A stretch of DNA of 64,000 nucleotides. It comes from Roseibacillus sp. (GTDB lineage: Bacteria > Verrucomicrobiota > Verrucomicrobiia > Verrucomicrobiales > Akkermansiaceae). Of this stretch, positions 1-12,600 are shown in pieces. The first letter of the stretch is position 1; each line of letters starts with the position of its first letter. A model generated the notes under the pieces. That model made no database searches. It saw nothing but the letters and a program-made list of their open reading frames with translations, and was not told where the DNA came from. The stretch covers positions 992,001-1,056,000 of the forward strand of contig JBPOGI010000001.1 of NCBI GenBank assembly GCA_051251855.1, given 5' to 3'. The position numbers and the translations under genes are program-made.

Positions 1-361
1 CCAGTTCACAGGCGCGTTGGGCGTTGTTGATAGTGGCTTCGATTTTGCCTCGGTGGCGAACGATGCCGGCATCCGCGAGAAGACGAGTGATATCCTTTTC
101 ATCAAAGCACGCTACTTTCTCGAAATCGAAGTTGGCAAATGCGGCGCGAAAATTTTCGCGCTTTCGTAGGATGGTGAGCCAGCTGAGGCCGGATTGAAAT
201 CCTTCAAGCACCACTTTTTGAAAAAGAAGATGATCGTCGTGAACGGCCTTTGACCACTCGTGGTCATGGTAATGCCGATAGTCGTCAAAAGAATTGCCCC
301 ACCAACAGCGGGGCAATTGATCAGGACCATATTCGAGTCCGTCTGGAAGTTCCTTAGAAAT
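1..361 (-). CDS. tag: DNA-3-methyladenine glycosylase I (3' end runs off window; start codon uncertain: ATT at 361 or TTG at 316)
   Basis: Not in the ORF track. Manual translation: ...PRCWWGNSFDDYRHYHDHEW...VVLEGFQSGLSWLTILRKRENFRAAFANFD...LLADAGIVRHRGKIEATINNAQ, which carries the Tag motifs RCxW, YHDxEW, LEGFQxGLSW, RxRxKIxA. Confidence 0.93.
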   Translation of the reverse strand, partial: MSKELPDGLEYGPDQLPRCWWGNSFDDYRHYHDHEWSKAVHDDHLLFQKVVLEGFQSGLSWLTILRKRENFRAAFANFDFEKVACFDEKDITRLLADAGIVRHRGKIEATINNAQRACEL

Positions 362-365
362 CGTT

Positions 366-902
366 CTACTCGGCTGCTTCAGTGGCCTCTTCTACAGGAG
401 CCTCTTCCGCTGGAGCGTTTTCTTTGGCAATGCGCTCTTGGAAGGCTTGCATTTTGGCCATCAGCTCAGGCTGCTTGGCTTGGGCTGCATTCATTCCAAT
501 CTGCATACCCTTTTGAGTCAGCTCAGGCATAGTCATGAGGACCTTCTTACCGAGGGGGGTCTGATAGAAGAGCTCAAGTTCGGTGAGTTCTTCGGCGGAG
601 AAGGTGTCAGCGTAGAGCTTCTTATACTCCGCGATAATGGCATCTTGGTCGATATCGTTTTCCCACCAACTACTGAAGATCGCATTGAGCTCAGCAACTT
701 GTGTAGGATTGAGACCCATCTGTTGAATCATGGGTTGGAGCATGGGCTCCATTGCGGTTTTGAAGCCTACGGCCATTTCTTCGCGGATTCCCATCGTTTC
801 GATGAGCTTATCAGCGGCTGTGAGAATCTCTTCATTGGCCTCCTGAGCAGGAGCAAGGACGGTCAAGAGAGCGAGAGTAGTGGATGCAATCAGTGCTTTC
901 AT
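366..902 (-). CDS. Secreted DUF2059-like protein
   Basis: Signal peptide MKALIASTTLALLTVLAPA; YADTFSAEELTELELFYQTPLGKKVL resembles the DUF2059 core. Confidence 0.75.
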   Translation of the reverse strand: MKALIASTTLALLTVLAPAQEANEEILTAADKLIETMGIREEMAVGFKTAMEPMLQPMIQQMGLNPTQVAELNAIFSSWWENDIDQDAIIAEYKKLYADTFSAEELTELELFYQTPLGKKVLMTMPELTQKGMQIGMNAAQAKQPELMAKMQAFQERIAKENAPAEEAPVEEATEAAE

Positions 903-914
903 AGCGGCGTAAGT

Positions 915-1451
915 TTACGTGGGTTGTTCGCCTCTGGCCATGACAACTTTCCCGGTTCTCACAGTTTCGATAATTTCAAAGGTCGAGAGCATTCCAACTG
1001 CGGCATCGATTTTGGGGCTGTCGCCTTGGAACATCGCAATCATGGAAGTTGGAGTAAGGTCGAGAGCTTTACCGCTGAAGTGATCGACGATTTGAAGAGC
1101 TTCAGTGCGCTTCGATGCATCGACGAGGACTTTGACAAGGAGCATTTCCTTAACGACGGCATTTTCGGCTGAGTGCTCAAAGCAATGAATGACGTCGATG
1201 AGCTTGTTGACCTGTTTAATAATCTGCTCGAGCCCCTCGGGGTCGCCGGAGATGCCAATAGTCATGCGAGAGAAGTCTTTGGTGCGACCTTGTGAGACGA
1301 CAAGAGAGTCGATGTTAAAGGCTCGACGGGCAAAGACTTGGCAAATGCGCATCAGCACGCCGGGGTCGTTGTTGACCAAGACGGAAAGAGTGTGTGCTCC
1401 GCCCCGGGTGAGGTCTTCGACGGGAGTGTCAGTGGTGACGATAGTTTTCAT
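915..1451 (-). CDS. ilvN: Acetolactate synthase small (regulatory) subunit
   Basis: ACT domain HTLSVLVNNDPGVLMRICQVFARRAFNIDSL; C-terminal IIETVRTG; directly downstream of ilvB. Confidence 0.95.
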   Translation of the reverse strand: MKTIVTTDTPVEDLTRGGAHTLSVLVNNDPGVLMRICQVFARRAFNIDSLVVSQGRTKDFSRMTIGISGDPEGLEQIIKQVNKLIDVIHCFEHSAENAVVKEMLLVKVLVDASKRTEALQIVDHFSGKALDLTPTSMIAMFQGDSPKIDAAVGMLSTFEIIETVRTGKVVMARGEQPT

Positions 1452-1541
1452 GAGAAATTTAGGTGATATGATTGATGTTCGTTTTGAGGAGAGGGTGGCC
1501 GGTTTGAATCCAACACACCCACAAAGGTGAGCGAACAGGGC

Positions 1542-3272
1542 CTAGGTTGAGCCGACAGGTTTGGCCATTTTGGTCTTGGGTGCCTCAGTAATCATGTCTT
1601 CGAGGGCCGCTCCGGCAGGAATCATCGGAAAGACGTTCTCGTTCTTGACGCACTCGGCGTGGATGAGGATGGGGCCGTCGTTGTAGGCGAGAGCTTCCTC
1701 AATCTTCCGTGAGACATCGGCTGGGCGCTTAATGTTGACGCTCGGGATATCGTAGGCGGCTGCCAACTTACAGAAGTCTGGGTTACCGAGGAGATCGACA
1801 CCGGACTCGCGATTGTCGAAGAAGAGTTCCTGCCACTGGCGAACCATGCCGAGGTAGTGGTTGTTGAGAACCACAATTTTGATCGGGAGCTTGTGAATCT
1901 GAGCCGTTGCCAATTCAAAGAGGGTCATCTGGAATCCTCCATCGCCAGAAATAGAGATCACGCACTTTTCAGGTTGGGCGAGCTGGGCGCCGATAGCAGC
2001 AGGGAAGCCAAAACCCATAGTGCCTGCTCCTCCAGAGGAGAGCCAGTGATAAGACTCGTCGTTCTTGTAGAACTGAGCCGCCCACATCTGATGCTGACCA
2101 ACGTCAGTCGAGACGATGGCTTTGCCCTCGGTCTGCTCGTAAAGTTCATGGATGACCTGCTGCATGCGGAGACCGCCTTGCTTGCGGAATGAGAGAGGGA
2201 ACTTCTTCTTGTAGCCGTCGAGGTGAGTAAGCCACTCAGCGGTTTCAAGAGGTTGAATTCTTTCGATCAGCTGAGTGAGCGCTGCTTTGGCATCTCCAAT
2301 GACTTGGACGTCTGGACGGATCATCTTGTCCATCTCGGCGGGGTCGATGTCGATGTGGATGATTTTCGCATCTTGGCAGAACTTTTCAGGATTACCGATG
2401 ATACGATCGTCGAAGCGAGAACCAACATTAAGAAGGAGATCGCATTCGCACATCGCTTTGTTCGCATAGGCCGTTCCGTGCATGCCGAGCATGCCGAGTG
2501 ACAGGTCGTGAGTTTCGGGGAAGACGCCTTTGCCCAAGAGCGTCGAGGTGACAGGGCAACCAAGAGTCTCAGCAATTTGCATGAGTTCGCTATCGGCCCG
2601 TGCAATCATACATCCTTGGCCAGCCAAAATGACGGGGCGCTTGGCTTGAGCAATGAGAGCCGCGGCCTCTTCAATGGAAGAGGGCTCGATGTTCATGGAC
2701 TCGTAAGGGTCATACCCAGGAAGGTCGATGTCGGCGTTCATGTCGCCAGAGAACTCGCCTGAAGAAATATCCTTGGGGATATCGATCAGGACGGGACCGG
2801 GGCGTCCGGTGGTCGAGATGTGATACGCTTCCCGAGCGATGCGGGAGAGGGAGTTGGTGTCCTTAACAAGATAGTTATGCTTCACCACTGGGATAGTGAT
2901 GCCGAAGATGTCCGCTTCTTGGAAGGCGTCTTTACCGAGCATCCAGGTGACTTGCTGACCACAGAGGACAATCATAGGGACTGAATCCATCATGGCAGTC
3001 ATCAGACCAGTGACCGTATTACCTGCTCCGGGACCTGAAGTCACGAGGACTGCGGCAGGCTTGCCAGTGGCACGAGCGTAGCCATCGGCCATGTGAACGG
3101 CGCCTTGTTCGTGACGAACTAGGATGAACTTCATCTTAGTTTTTACCGTTTCAAGGGCATCAAAGATGGGGATTGCGGCTCCGCCAGAATAACCGAAAAT
3201 ATATTCAATACCCAAATCGTCGAGGGTCTTAATGAGAGCCTGCGCTCCGTCGAGTGGTTGTTTTTTAGCCAT
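1542..3272 (-). CDS. ilvB: Acetolactate synthase large subunit, biosynthetic
   Basis: [46 protein letters not shown] (ThDP motif), LGMVRQWQ. Confidence 0.97.
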   Translation of the reverse strand: MAKKQPLDGAQALIKTLDDLGIEYIFGYSGGAAIPIFDALETVKTKMKFILVRHEQGAVHMADGYARATGKPAAVLVTSGPGAGNTVTGLMTAMMDSVPMIVLCGQQVTWMLGKDAFQEADIFGITIPVVKHNYLVKDTNSLSRIAREAYHISTTGRPGPVLIDIPKDISSGEFSGDMNADIDLPGYDPYESMNIEPSSIEEAAALIAQAKRPVILAGQGCMIARADSELMQIAETLGCPVTSTLLGKGVFPETHDLSLGMLGMHGTAYANKAMCECDLLLNVGSRFDDRIIGNPEKFCQDAKIIHIDIDPAEMDKMIRPDVQVIGDAKAALTQLIERIQPLETAEWLTHLDGYKKKFPLSFRKQGGLRMQQVIHELYEQTEGKAIVSTDVGQHQMWAAQFYKNDESYHWLSSGGAGTMGFGFPAAIGAQLAQPEKCVISISGDGGFQMTLFELATAQIHKLPIKIVVLNNHYLGMVRQWQELFFDNRESGVDLLGNPDFCKLAAAYDIPSVNIKRPADVSRKIEEALAYNDGPILIHAECVKNENVFPMIPAGAALEDMITEAPKTKMAKPVGST

Positions 3273-3290
3273 AAGATTCGCTACGGAGTG

Positions 3291-3319
3291 ACTTTGCTCT
3301 ATTTTTCAGGCGTCCGCAA
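3291..3319 (-). promoter_or_regulatory. Putative sigma70-type promoter of ilvB
   Basis: Minus strand TTGCGG-17 nt-CAAAGT, 18 nt before the ATG. Confidence 0.4.
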
Positions 3320-3692
3320 GGCGAAAGCGAGTCGTTTTCCCCTAAGTTGATTGTTTTTTCGCGCCAGTCCTCTCGAAGTTGAGTGTTTTCACTGGAAGTC
3401 TCTCTCTTCGGGGGGACGAAGGTTCTAAAATTAAGGCTGTTTTCGCTAAGGGGGCAGTTTTGTCGAGGGTCGGGGGACTTGAGGTAGGCCGTCTGTTAAA
3501 TCTGAAGTTGCTGGGTAAAGTGGAAATTAGTTAGCGAGACTATATGTTTTCGAGCGTTTTAAGAGGGCGATTCACATGGGGTTAACGCAAAGGAAATCAA
3601 GCGATTAAGCTAATCTTAGCAGTCGACAAGTTCTTCCTGTTTGGCGACTTCCAGTCTTTTTGGTATCTGTTACGAGGAAACAACAACAGTTT

Positions 3693-6600
3693 ATGAATAT
3701 TAGAAGATTCCTCTTTTGGATCGTTCTGGGAACGATTCTGTCCGGAAATTTGCTTAGGGGGCAAATACCACCAGTCAACAACCCAGAGGTGTGGCTTCGA
3801 GGGGATTTGGGAGTGGTAACCGACGGTGGTGGATTGATCGAACGGTGGGAGGACCAATCGGGGAATAGCTATCATTTCGAGCAACTCGATGGAACAAAGA
3901 GGCCTTCGTTAGCTCCTCATGGTTTTGTTGTCGGTGGTGGTGTATTGAACGAGATTCCAAGAAATAGTAATGGGAACGCAACTTGGGGTGGGACAGTTGC
4001 GACAGACTTAGTGATTGATGAAGAGGTTCAGGTCACCGAGTTAGCTGTCTTCGATCAAAACCAAGATGGACTCTCGGAGACTATTACAGTTGCCCTTTGG
4101 CAAAGACTCGAAAATGGTACTCCTAATGTATTCGAAGATGACATTGAAGGTGCCATTTTGGTGCAACTGGACTTTACGACGGCGAGCCCAGGAACTCTTG
4201 ATGGCAATCGACGTTGGAAGACGCTTGCAGCTCCGCTGACGCTGCCACCTGGAAGCTACTCACTGGGGGCATGGGGATATGGCGTCCAGAATTACCACTT
4301 TTACAATGATGCGACTCCTTCTCCAGCAAGCCCTGTCAGGCGGGTGGGTTGGGGGCGGTTCTCAGACACGACAGCTCCAGGGGCTTGGCCAAATAATCGA
4401 GGGTCCGGTTCCAGTACAGATCGGTATGCGGGAGCGGTGGATATGCGATACGAGGTCACGGGGACTCCGACTTTGTCGCGGGCAGCGGTTCGGTTCGATG
4501 GCTCTAATGATGGGCTGCAGGCGGTGGATACTCTTTCGCTGAGTCGTCCTGGGAGCGTCTTTGTCGTCTATCGAAGAGATTGGGCTGATGCGGGATATAT
4601 TTTGCAGAATACCAGTGGGACCCACTGGTATCTGGACCACAATACCGCTTACGCGGGAGGAACGGTCAGGGAGCAAGATCGTAGTTGGACTGCGCCTTGG
4701 TATGCAGAGATGCAGAACAGTGCCGATGGCACTCGCTTTCGCACGAATGGGGAAGACTGGACGTATTTTGGCGACTTTAATGGTGCCAATCCCGGTCGGC
4801 TTACGATTGGCGGCGGCGCGGGGCGAAGTAATAGCCCTTTAGGGGTTCGCATCGCTGAGGTCTTGGCTTACGAACGGGAGTTGACGGACTCCGAGAGGTG
4901 GCAGGTGAACGACTATCTCGCGGAACGTTATGGTTTTGAAACTTTGCCAGTGGCGACTCCTAAAATTGCCCCCGAGAATTCGATTGGTTCTGGTTCCGTT
5001 TCGGTATCGATCACATGCGACACTCCCTCGGCAGAAATTCGGTATACGATCGACGGAAGTGAACCGGACGGGTCTTCAATATTGTATGGCGCGTCCTTTT
5101 CGGTAGCGCGCGGGGTAGAGGTGAAATCAAAAGCGTTTCTTGCTGGGAATACTGATAGTGGGGTGGCTGCTCGCTACTATGAGGATAGTAGTGATAGTGA
5201 GATTCCGGTAAGTGGCTCCACGATGTGGTTGCGAGCCGATCGTGGGATCGAGCTTGATTCTGCAGGAAGGGTCGCTCGCTGGCAGGACTTGACGGGTAAT
5301 GGGAGGGATATGACTCAAGGTACGGGATATCAGCGTCCAGAGCTGGATCCGAGCGGGATGGAATTAGGGCAAGGAATAGCGATTCAACCTTCAACAAGGA
5401 GCAATAATGGGGGCAATGCTTATAACGGAACATTGGGAATGGACTTTGTAGTGACTGAGGAAATTGAGGTCACCGAGTTGCGTGCGTTTGACCATTTGGG
5501 AGATGGTTTCGCTACTCCTGTCACGGTGGCGATTTGGGTGCGCGATGATGGCGGAACGGCTCTGACTCCAGAGGACGATCTTCCTGGAGTTTCTTTGGTT
5601 GAGATCGAATTTTCCGCAGCGAATCCCGGGACGCTTGGGGAGTTTTCACAAAGGGTTCAAACCCTACCCAGTCCGCTGGTGTTGGCTCCGGGTAGTTATA
5701 CTCTGCTGGGATGGGGGTTCTCAGGTGACAATAGATACCACAATGGCACGAGTGGGAGTTGGCCTTTGGACAAGGGCATCGAATTTGTGAATCGTTCTCG
5801 CTATCTAGGCACTCTTGGGAGTTGGCCAACAACTTTGGATATTGATGAGGTCAAGTATCACAACTCCGCCAACTTCCGCTTCAATCGCACGAGCGGGACT
5901 GTCGTTTCCCGTCCAACGGTGACCTTTGATGGCGCTGATGACGGGCTATGGGCGCTCCCTGCCACCGATTTAGCCAATCCTGCTACGGTTTATGTGGTTT
6001 ACGATCGGCAGGGAACAGACAGTGGCTATGTGATGCAAAGTAGCCCCGGTCAAAACTGGTGGTTCTTGCGTAATGATGGGGCCTTTAATAACAACTGGAT
6101 TCAGAATCGGGCTATCCCTCGCGCCAAGGTGACGATTGCTGGAATGTCGAGCGATGGCTCCGGCACTCGATTTTTTGTAGATGGCAATGATTGGACCGAA
6201 CGTCCGGGGCAAGTAGGTGCGCCGAGTCGTTTGACGCTGGGTGGCGGCGTTGGGAGGTCCATTGACCCCCTCTGGGTTGAAGTTGCAGAAGTGGTTGCCT
6301 TTGATCGGGTCCTCGATGCCAATGAACGTTTGGAGGTTGAGAATTGGCTACGCACTCGCTATCTCGATGAAGGCGCCATCGGTCCTGAGGTGGTCGTTTC
6401 TCCAGAAGGTGATTTTGGAGCGAGCTCGGTTTCGGTAGAACTCTCTTCGATTTCGGGTGCAGAGATTCGTTATACTCTGGATGCAAGCGAACCCACTCCT
6501 AGTAGCGCTCTCTATTCGGGGGCGATTTTGGTGCCGCGTGACACGAAGGTTCGAGCTCGGGCTTGGCTCAATGGGAACGGAGGAACGATTAACGACGAAT

Positions 6601-9600
6601 TTTATGGTGATTCAGGAACAATCGAGCTGCCGGTTGCAGGGGCGAATTTATGGGTGAGGGCTGACTGTGGTTTGACTTACGATGAGGATGGGGCGGTGAA
6701 GGCTTGGAAAGATCTCACTGGGAATGGGAACGATTTTTTGCAGGAAATTCCCGAGCTTCGACCCCGACTAGATGAGTCCGGTTTAAATTCGAGTGAGCGT
6801 GGAGCAATCCAAGCAACGGATGGCAATGGTAATGGAGTTTACGCCGGATCACTTGGTAATGATTTGTCGGTGACGAGCCCAATTGAAGTAACCCATCTCG
6901 GTGCCTTCGATCATCTGGGGGATGGCTTCAATGGGACGATCACGGTGGAGATCTGGACTCGGAACGACAATGGGACGGCCTCAAGGTCCGATGATACGGG
7001 AGGAACGATGTTGGCGTCGGAGACTTTTACCACGGCTTCTCCCGGCACTTTAGTTGGGCGTCAGCAACGATTTAAAGCTCTCGCTTCAGCAATCACTTTG
7101 GCACCTGGTGAATACACAGTCTTTGGTTGGGGCTATGTTGGTGGAGACCGCTATCGTGAAGGTCGTGGTTCGACTCAGATCAACGATAATCGGTTTTCGT
7201 TTCCCGCTTGTGTCTACAATGGAACCGCAGGGGCTTTCCCAACTGTGGTCGATGGAAGTGGTCCTCTCGATTACAACGGAGTGGCGAATTTTCGAGTGAC
7301 GCCTGTTTCGCCAGTTGCTCAGGTGCCTGCGATTGTGTTCGATGGCGTCAACGATGTCATCCATGGGGTCGATACCATGAACTTTGGTCGCCCTTCCACG
7401 GTCTTTACGGTTTTCGAAATCGATCGTGATGAAAATGGTGATGTCATTCAGAATACTTCGGGAACTGCTTGGGCTATTGATAAGCGAGGCTTCTATGCGG
7501 GGAACTGGGTGAGGCTTGAGGATTTTGCCATTGGTCAGCCGACCTTGGCTACGATGGTCAACGGGGCTGATTATACCGAGGCTTGGCGCAACGGGAAGAA
7601 TGTGACCACCAATAGGACGTTGTCCACGGGTTCACCAGGAAGACTCATTATGGGTGGGGGTGAGAATGGTGTGTCGGTCGATCCTCTTCCGGTCCGAATT
7701 AGCGAGGTGATCGTCTTTGAACGAATTCTCGATGAAGGAGAGTTGAATTTGATGTCTAACTATCTCGCCGAGCGGAATGGTCTCTATTTGCCTCGGGCGG
7801 AGATGCCGGAGATTGGACCCTTTGCTAGTTACGGATCTGGTCCTGTGGAAGTGAATTTGAGTTCGGTAACACCAGGGGCGGAGCTTCGTTACACGATTGA
7901 TGGAAGTGAGCCGACTGCAACATCACTTCTCTACTCGGGACCATTTAATGTTGCTCGAGGGACCCTTGTTCGTGCGCGGGCATTTGGGCCTGGTCTTCAA
8001 GCCAGCACGATTTCCGAAACATTCTTTGGAGATGAGGCGATGCATCCTCTTCCGGTCACAGATCCTGCGATGTGGCTTCGGGCCGATGTTGGGGTTGAAG
8101 AGGGGGTGAATGGTGGGGTCGAGCGTTGGCGCGACTTGTCAGGAAATGGCCATGATGTGGTCCAAGTTTCAGAGGCAAGAGCACCGCAAAGAATTACAGG
8201 ACAGTTTGGCGGGAGTGGCCAAAGCCGGCTCATGGCACCGAATGAGAGCCCTTTGGGCTTGGGTGCCTACAATGGGTTTCTGGCTGCCGATTTTCAAGTG
8301 GACTATCCCATCGAGGTGACTCATCTCGGAGCTTTTGATTCTCTTGGTGATGGAATAGCGGGAGCCATTACGGTGAAGCTCTATGAGACTGATGATGGAG
8401 GCACTTCTGGAAATAGTAATGCCGACCGAGCAGATGATACCTTGGTGAGCTTGTTGGGGGAGCTTACTTTCACAAACGCTAATCCAGGAGTTCTCGACCA
8501 AGGAATTCGGCTTCTCCCCTTGCCGAGTCCTATCATTCTACAGCCGGGGATCTACACTCTCTATGCGACTGGCTATACGGGAGCCGATACCTACCTCAGC
8601 CAAGATTTGACCAACCAACCCGTTGGTTTCGGGGTCACAATGCTGAACCGAAGTCGCTATTCCGGCACGGAAGGGGCTCTATTTCCTGGGATTGCAGTGA
8701 ACGATGATCGCTATCTGATGGTGGCCAATTGTCGCTTTCAACCTGTTGGATTTGGAGGGACATCGCCTGCGAGTGATGCGATTCGATTTGATGGTTCGGA
8801 TGACGGCTTGTTGGGGCCTGCTGATTTTCTTGTGGACCGTCCTTCGACTGTTTTCATGGTTTTTGATCAGCTTTCGTCTTCACAAGGAAGACTTCTCCAA
8901 AGTGGCAGTGGCGCCAATTATTTGCTGGGGCCACATAGTGGAACTCAAGGCTTGTTTGCCAACGGGTGGGTTGCTCAGAGACCAGTGAGTCCTAATCAGC
9001 CTGCTCTCGTGATTGGTGAGCAGGGAACCGACTATAGCCGCTATTTCTACGCGGGTAGCGAATTTACCCAAGAACCTAATTTCACCGGAAATTTAGGTCG
9101 AGTCGCTCTGGGCGGTGGAGAAGGAGTTTACTTCCAGCCCACCAATGCGGATTTGGCTGAGTTAGTGATCTATGATCGTGTGTTGAGTGTGAGTGAGCGT
9201 CAAGCGGTTGCCCAATCGCTTTCCGATAAACATGGTTTGGCACCTCAGCCTCTGCCCGCGCCCGAGATGACGCCGGACGGAGGACTCTATGCTTCCTCTC
9301 AGACGGTGACCATCTCCTCTCCAATTCTGGGATCTGAGATTCGCTATACCTTGGATGGAAGTGAGCCTGATGTCGCGTCGACTCTTTATACTGGAAGTCT
9401 CACGATAGCGGCGGATACCGTGGTGAAGGCTCGTTCCTATGCTGCTGGTTATCTCGCAGGGCCCGTTCAAACGGGAGCCTTCTTTATCGATAGTGGTGCG
9501 CCTGTGCCTCCTTCTCGCAGCACGATGGAGCTTTGGCTCCGAGCTGAGAAGGGAGTCGAGGGCAGTGGCTCAGATGTTACTGTTTGGAGAGACCTTTCAG

Positions 9601-12600
9601 GTCGGGGTGCAGATGCCACCGTTGTCGGTTCTACTAACCTTCCGCAATTAAATGCCTCTGCTATTGGAGGGGCTCCGGGGGTTGTCTTTGATGGAATTGA
9701 TGACTATTTGAGACTTGAACCAGGCTTCGAGGGCTTTGGCTCAGGGCATACTGCGATTTTTGTCACAAACCCTGATGAGTCACTTTCTAACTGGGAGCGG
9801 CTAATTGATTTTGGTCGTGCCACCAATGTCGATAACCTCTTCTTTGGAAGGAGTGCCGCCACAACCGATTTCGTTCTTGGTACTCGTTCGGGTAGCACGG
9901 CTGGAGGTCTGGGCGCCACTGATGCTTTCCGTTCCTTGTCTGACCAGATTCTCACAGTGGTGCAGAATTCTGATGGAAGAACTCGAATCTATCGAAATGG
10001 CAATCTCGAAGTGGAATCTCCTTCGATTCTATTACCGCGTGATATTTTGAGGACGAGAAACTATGTGGGGCGGAGCAATAGGACAGCTGATGCCTACTTT
10101 TCGGGAGCCATTAGTGAAATCATCCTATTTGAGGGAGCGCTTGATGATTTCGAGCGAGAGGTTTTTGAAGACCAGATTCGTGCGACCTACGGAATTGCGA
10201 GTTCAGCGACAGGCACGGTTGGTTTTTCACCGGATTCGACCTCTCTTTATCCGTCAGGAGTATCTGTTGTTCTTCAAAGCGCAACTCCTGGAGCCGCGAT
10301 TCACTACACTTTGGATGGCTCCATTCCGGACGAGGCTTCTCCATTGTATGCCAGTCCGATTGCTCTGGCTCAGTCGAGTCGCGTTCGCGCTCGCGCCTTC
10401 TTCGTAGGTCTGAATCCAAGTAACCTTTCTGAGACGACTTATCTTGTGGGTGATCCTCCTTCGAGCGGAGACGGCCTTTTGGGTAATTATTATGACAATG
10501 AGGATTTCACCGGAGCGTCTCTTACTCGAGTTGATCCCACTGTTGCTTTCGACTGGGGCTCCGGAAGTCCGGATCCGGCGATCGATTCGAATTCATTTTC
10601 GGTGCGTTGGACGGGGCAAGTGGTGCCTCGTTTCACGGAAGATTATGTCTTCTCGACTTTTGATGATGGCGCTCGCCTCTGGGTGGACTTGAATCAGAAT
10701 GGTACTTTTGAGGACGCGACAGAACTCCTCATTGATGAGCTGGATGCGAGCAGTTTCGTTGAGAGGTTCGCGCCTCCGGTGGCGATGGTGGCAGGCGAAC
10801 TTTATGATATCCAGCTAGAGTATCAGGAGGAGACAGGCACTGCACGAGTCAGTCTGCGCTGGGAGTCCTTTAGCGAACCCTTGGCTGTCATTCCGCAGAG
10901 CCAGCTCTTTAGTGATGCAGAGTTTGGACAGACTGTGACAACGCCAGTAATTTCTCCTGTAGGAGGAACCTACACTGCAGCAGTCGATGTCACTATTGAT
11001 ACGACAACTGCGGGATCGACTCTCTACTACACCGTTGATGGGAGTCTTCCAGACGAAGGTTCGCCTGTGTATACTGGAGTGTTCGTGGTTCCCGCAGATA
11101 CAACTGTGCGAGCGAGGGCCTATAAGGCGGGATTCAATCCCTCCGGTGTAGATACTAAGGTTTACGATATAGATGCGCAGCCTCCCACAATTACTTCCTT
11201 TGCTTGGGATGGGTCCGAACTGTTGGGCGGGGAGACGTTTGTTGCGTCTGGTCAATTCAGTATTGAGGCGACGGACAACCAGGGAGTTGCGAGCGCGGAG
11301 TTCTATTATCAGCCGGTAGGGTTTTCCAATCAGGTCTTGATTGGGCGTGATACTTTTCCGAGTAATGGGCTTACTACCAACTGGAATGTAGCGAGTGTTC
11401 CGGATGGTTCCTATGATATTATTCTACGGGTGTTCGATACAGCAGGGACGTTTTCAGAGACCTCGCGGCAAGTTGACGTTTCTCTCATCACCCTCGCAGC
11501 GCCGGTCATTTCGCAACCTGTCACTGGTTTTGAAATTGAGGAGCCTACAGTTTCCCTACGAGTGGACACTTTGCCATCAGCCAATGTTCGTATTCGCCGC
11601 GATGGAATACTGATTTTTTCAGGCTATGCTAATACTTCCGGTATTCTCAACTACGTGGCGTCGGTGCCGGTGGGAACTAGCTCTTTTGTGGCCACTGCGG
11701 TCAATCGTGCGGGATCGAGCCCAAGTTCGAATTCAGTAGCGGTGACTCGGGTGCGAGAGTTCCCGCAGCTCACGCTTTCTTTCTCGAGCGATACTCTGGC
11801 AGAGGGTTCGCCCCTTAATGGCTTGGTATCGATTCCGGTGGCAGTGGCGGAAAATGTTTCGGTGGTGATTTCTAGCAATCGACCCGGTGAAGTTGAAGCA
11901 CTCGCAGCGGTTACCATTGTTGCCGGCGACACCAGCGCGCCTTTCATCTTAAATGCAGTTCAAGACGCTCGCGTGGAGGCTATGAGCATGGTGAGAGTGA
12001 CCGCGACGGCTCCGAATCATCGTGATGGAGTTGGGAACCTAATGTTGATGGATGATGATACTCCGATTCTGACTTTGGAGATTGATGAAGTCTCGGTGGC
12101 GGAGGACTTCGGAACGGTAACAGCCCGAGTGAGCCGAGCGAATTCTACCAGCCTTTCGCAGCGGATCTCCCTCTCGAATTCTGCTCCTGACCAAGTGAGC
12201 GTGCCAGCCTTCGTGACCATTCCTTCGGGACAGACTGAGATTGGCTTCACGATGAGCGTTAATGATGACGACCTTGCGGATGGCAATCAGTTCGTCAGTA
12301 TTCAGGCAATAGTGGAGTCTAGTGGGCAGGTAGTTTCTTCCTCGACGGTGGAGATTCTCGAGGTGAGAGACAATGAGGGACCATCGTTAGCGCTCATTCC
12401 AAATGCCTCTTTGCTCACCGAGGGTTCGGTCAATACCTTTACTCTCCGACGTTCGGGGATTGCCGTTACCGAGTCTTTGGTGGTGTCGTTGGAACAGACT
12501 CCGACCGGAGAAGTGACGGCTCCTGCAACGGTGACTTTCCCAGCGAACAGTTCTGAGATTTCGGTTTCGGTAACGGCTTTGGACAGCAGTAATCCGGGTA

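Noticed and set aside
3273..3692. ilvB attenuator, riboswitch, or the 10-bp inverted pair ACTGGAAGTC (3391) / GACTTCCAGT (3646)
   Set aside because: No Leu/Val/Ile-rich leader with a terminator was seen and a promoter-like site lies just before ilvB; the 10-bp pair has no associated recombinase or transposase and may be chance
3780..10200. Periodic repeats as a possible CRISPR array or recent DNA duplication
   Set aside because: The period is about 1.43 kb and similarity is at protein level only; no short identical repeats with spacers were seen anywhere in the window
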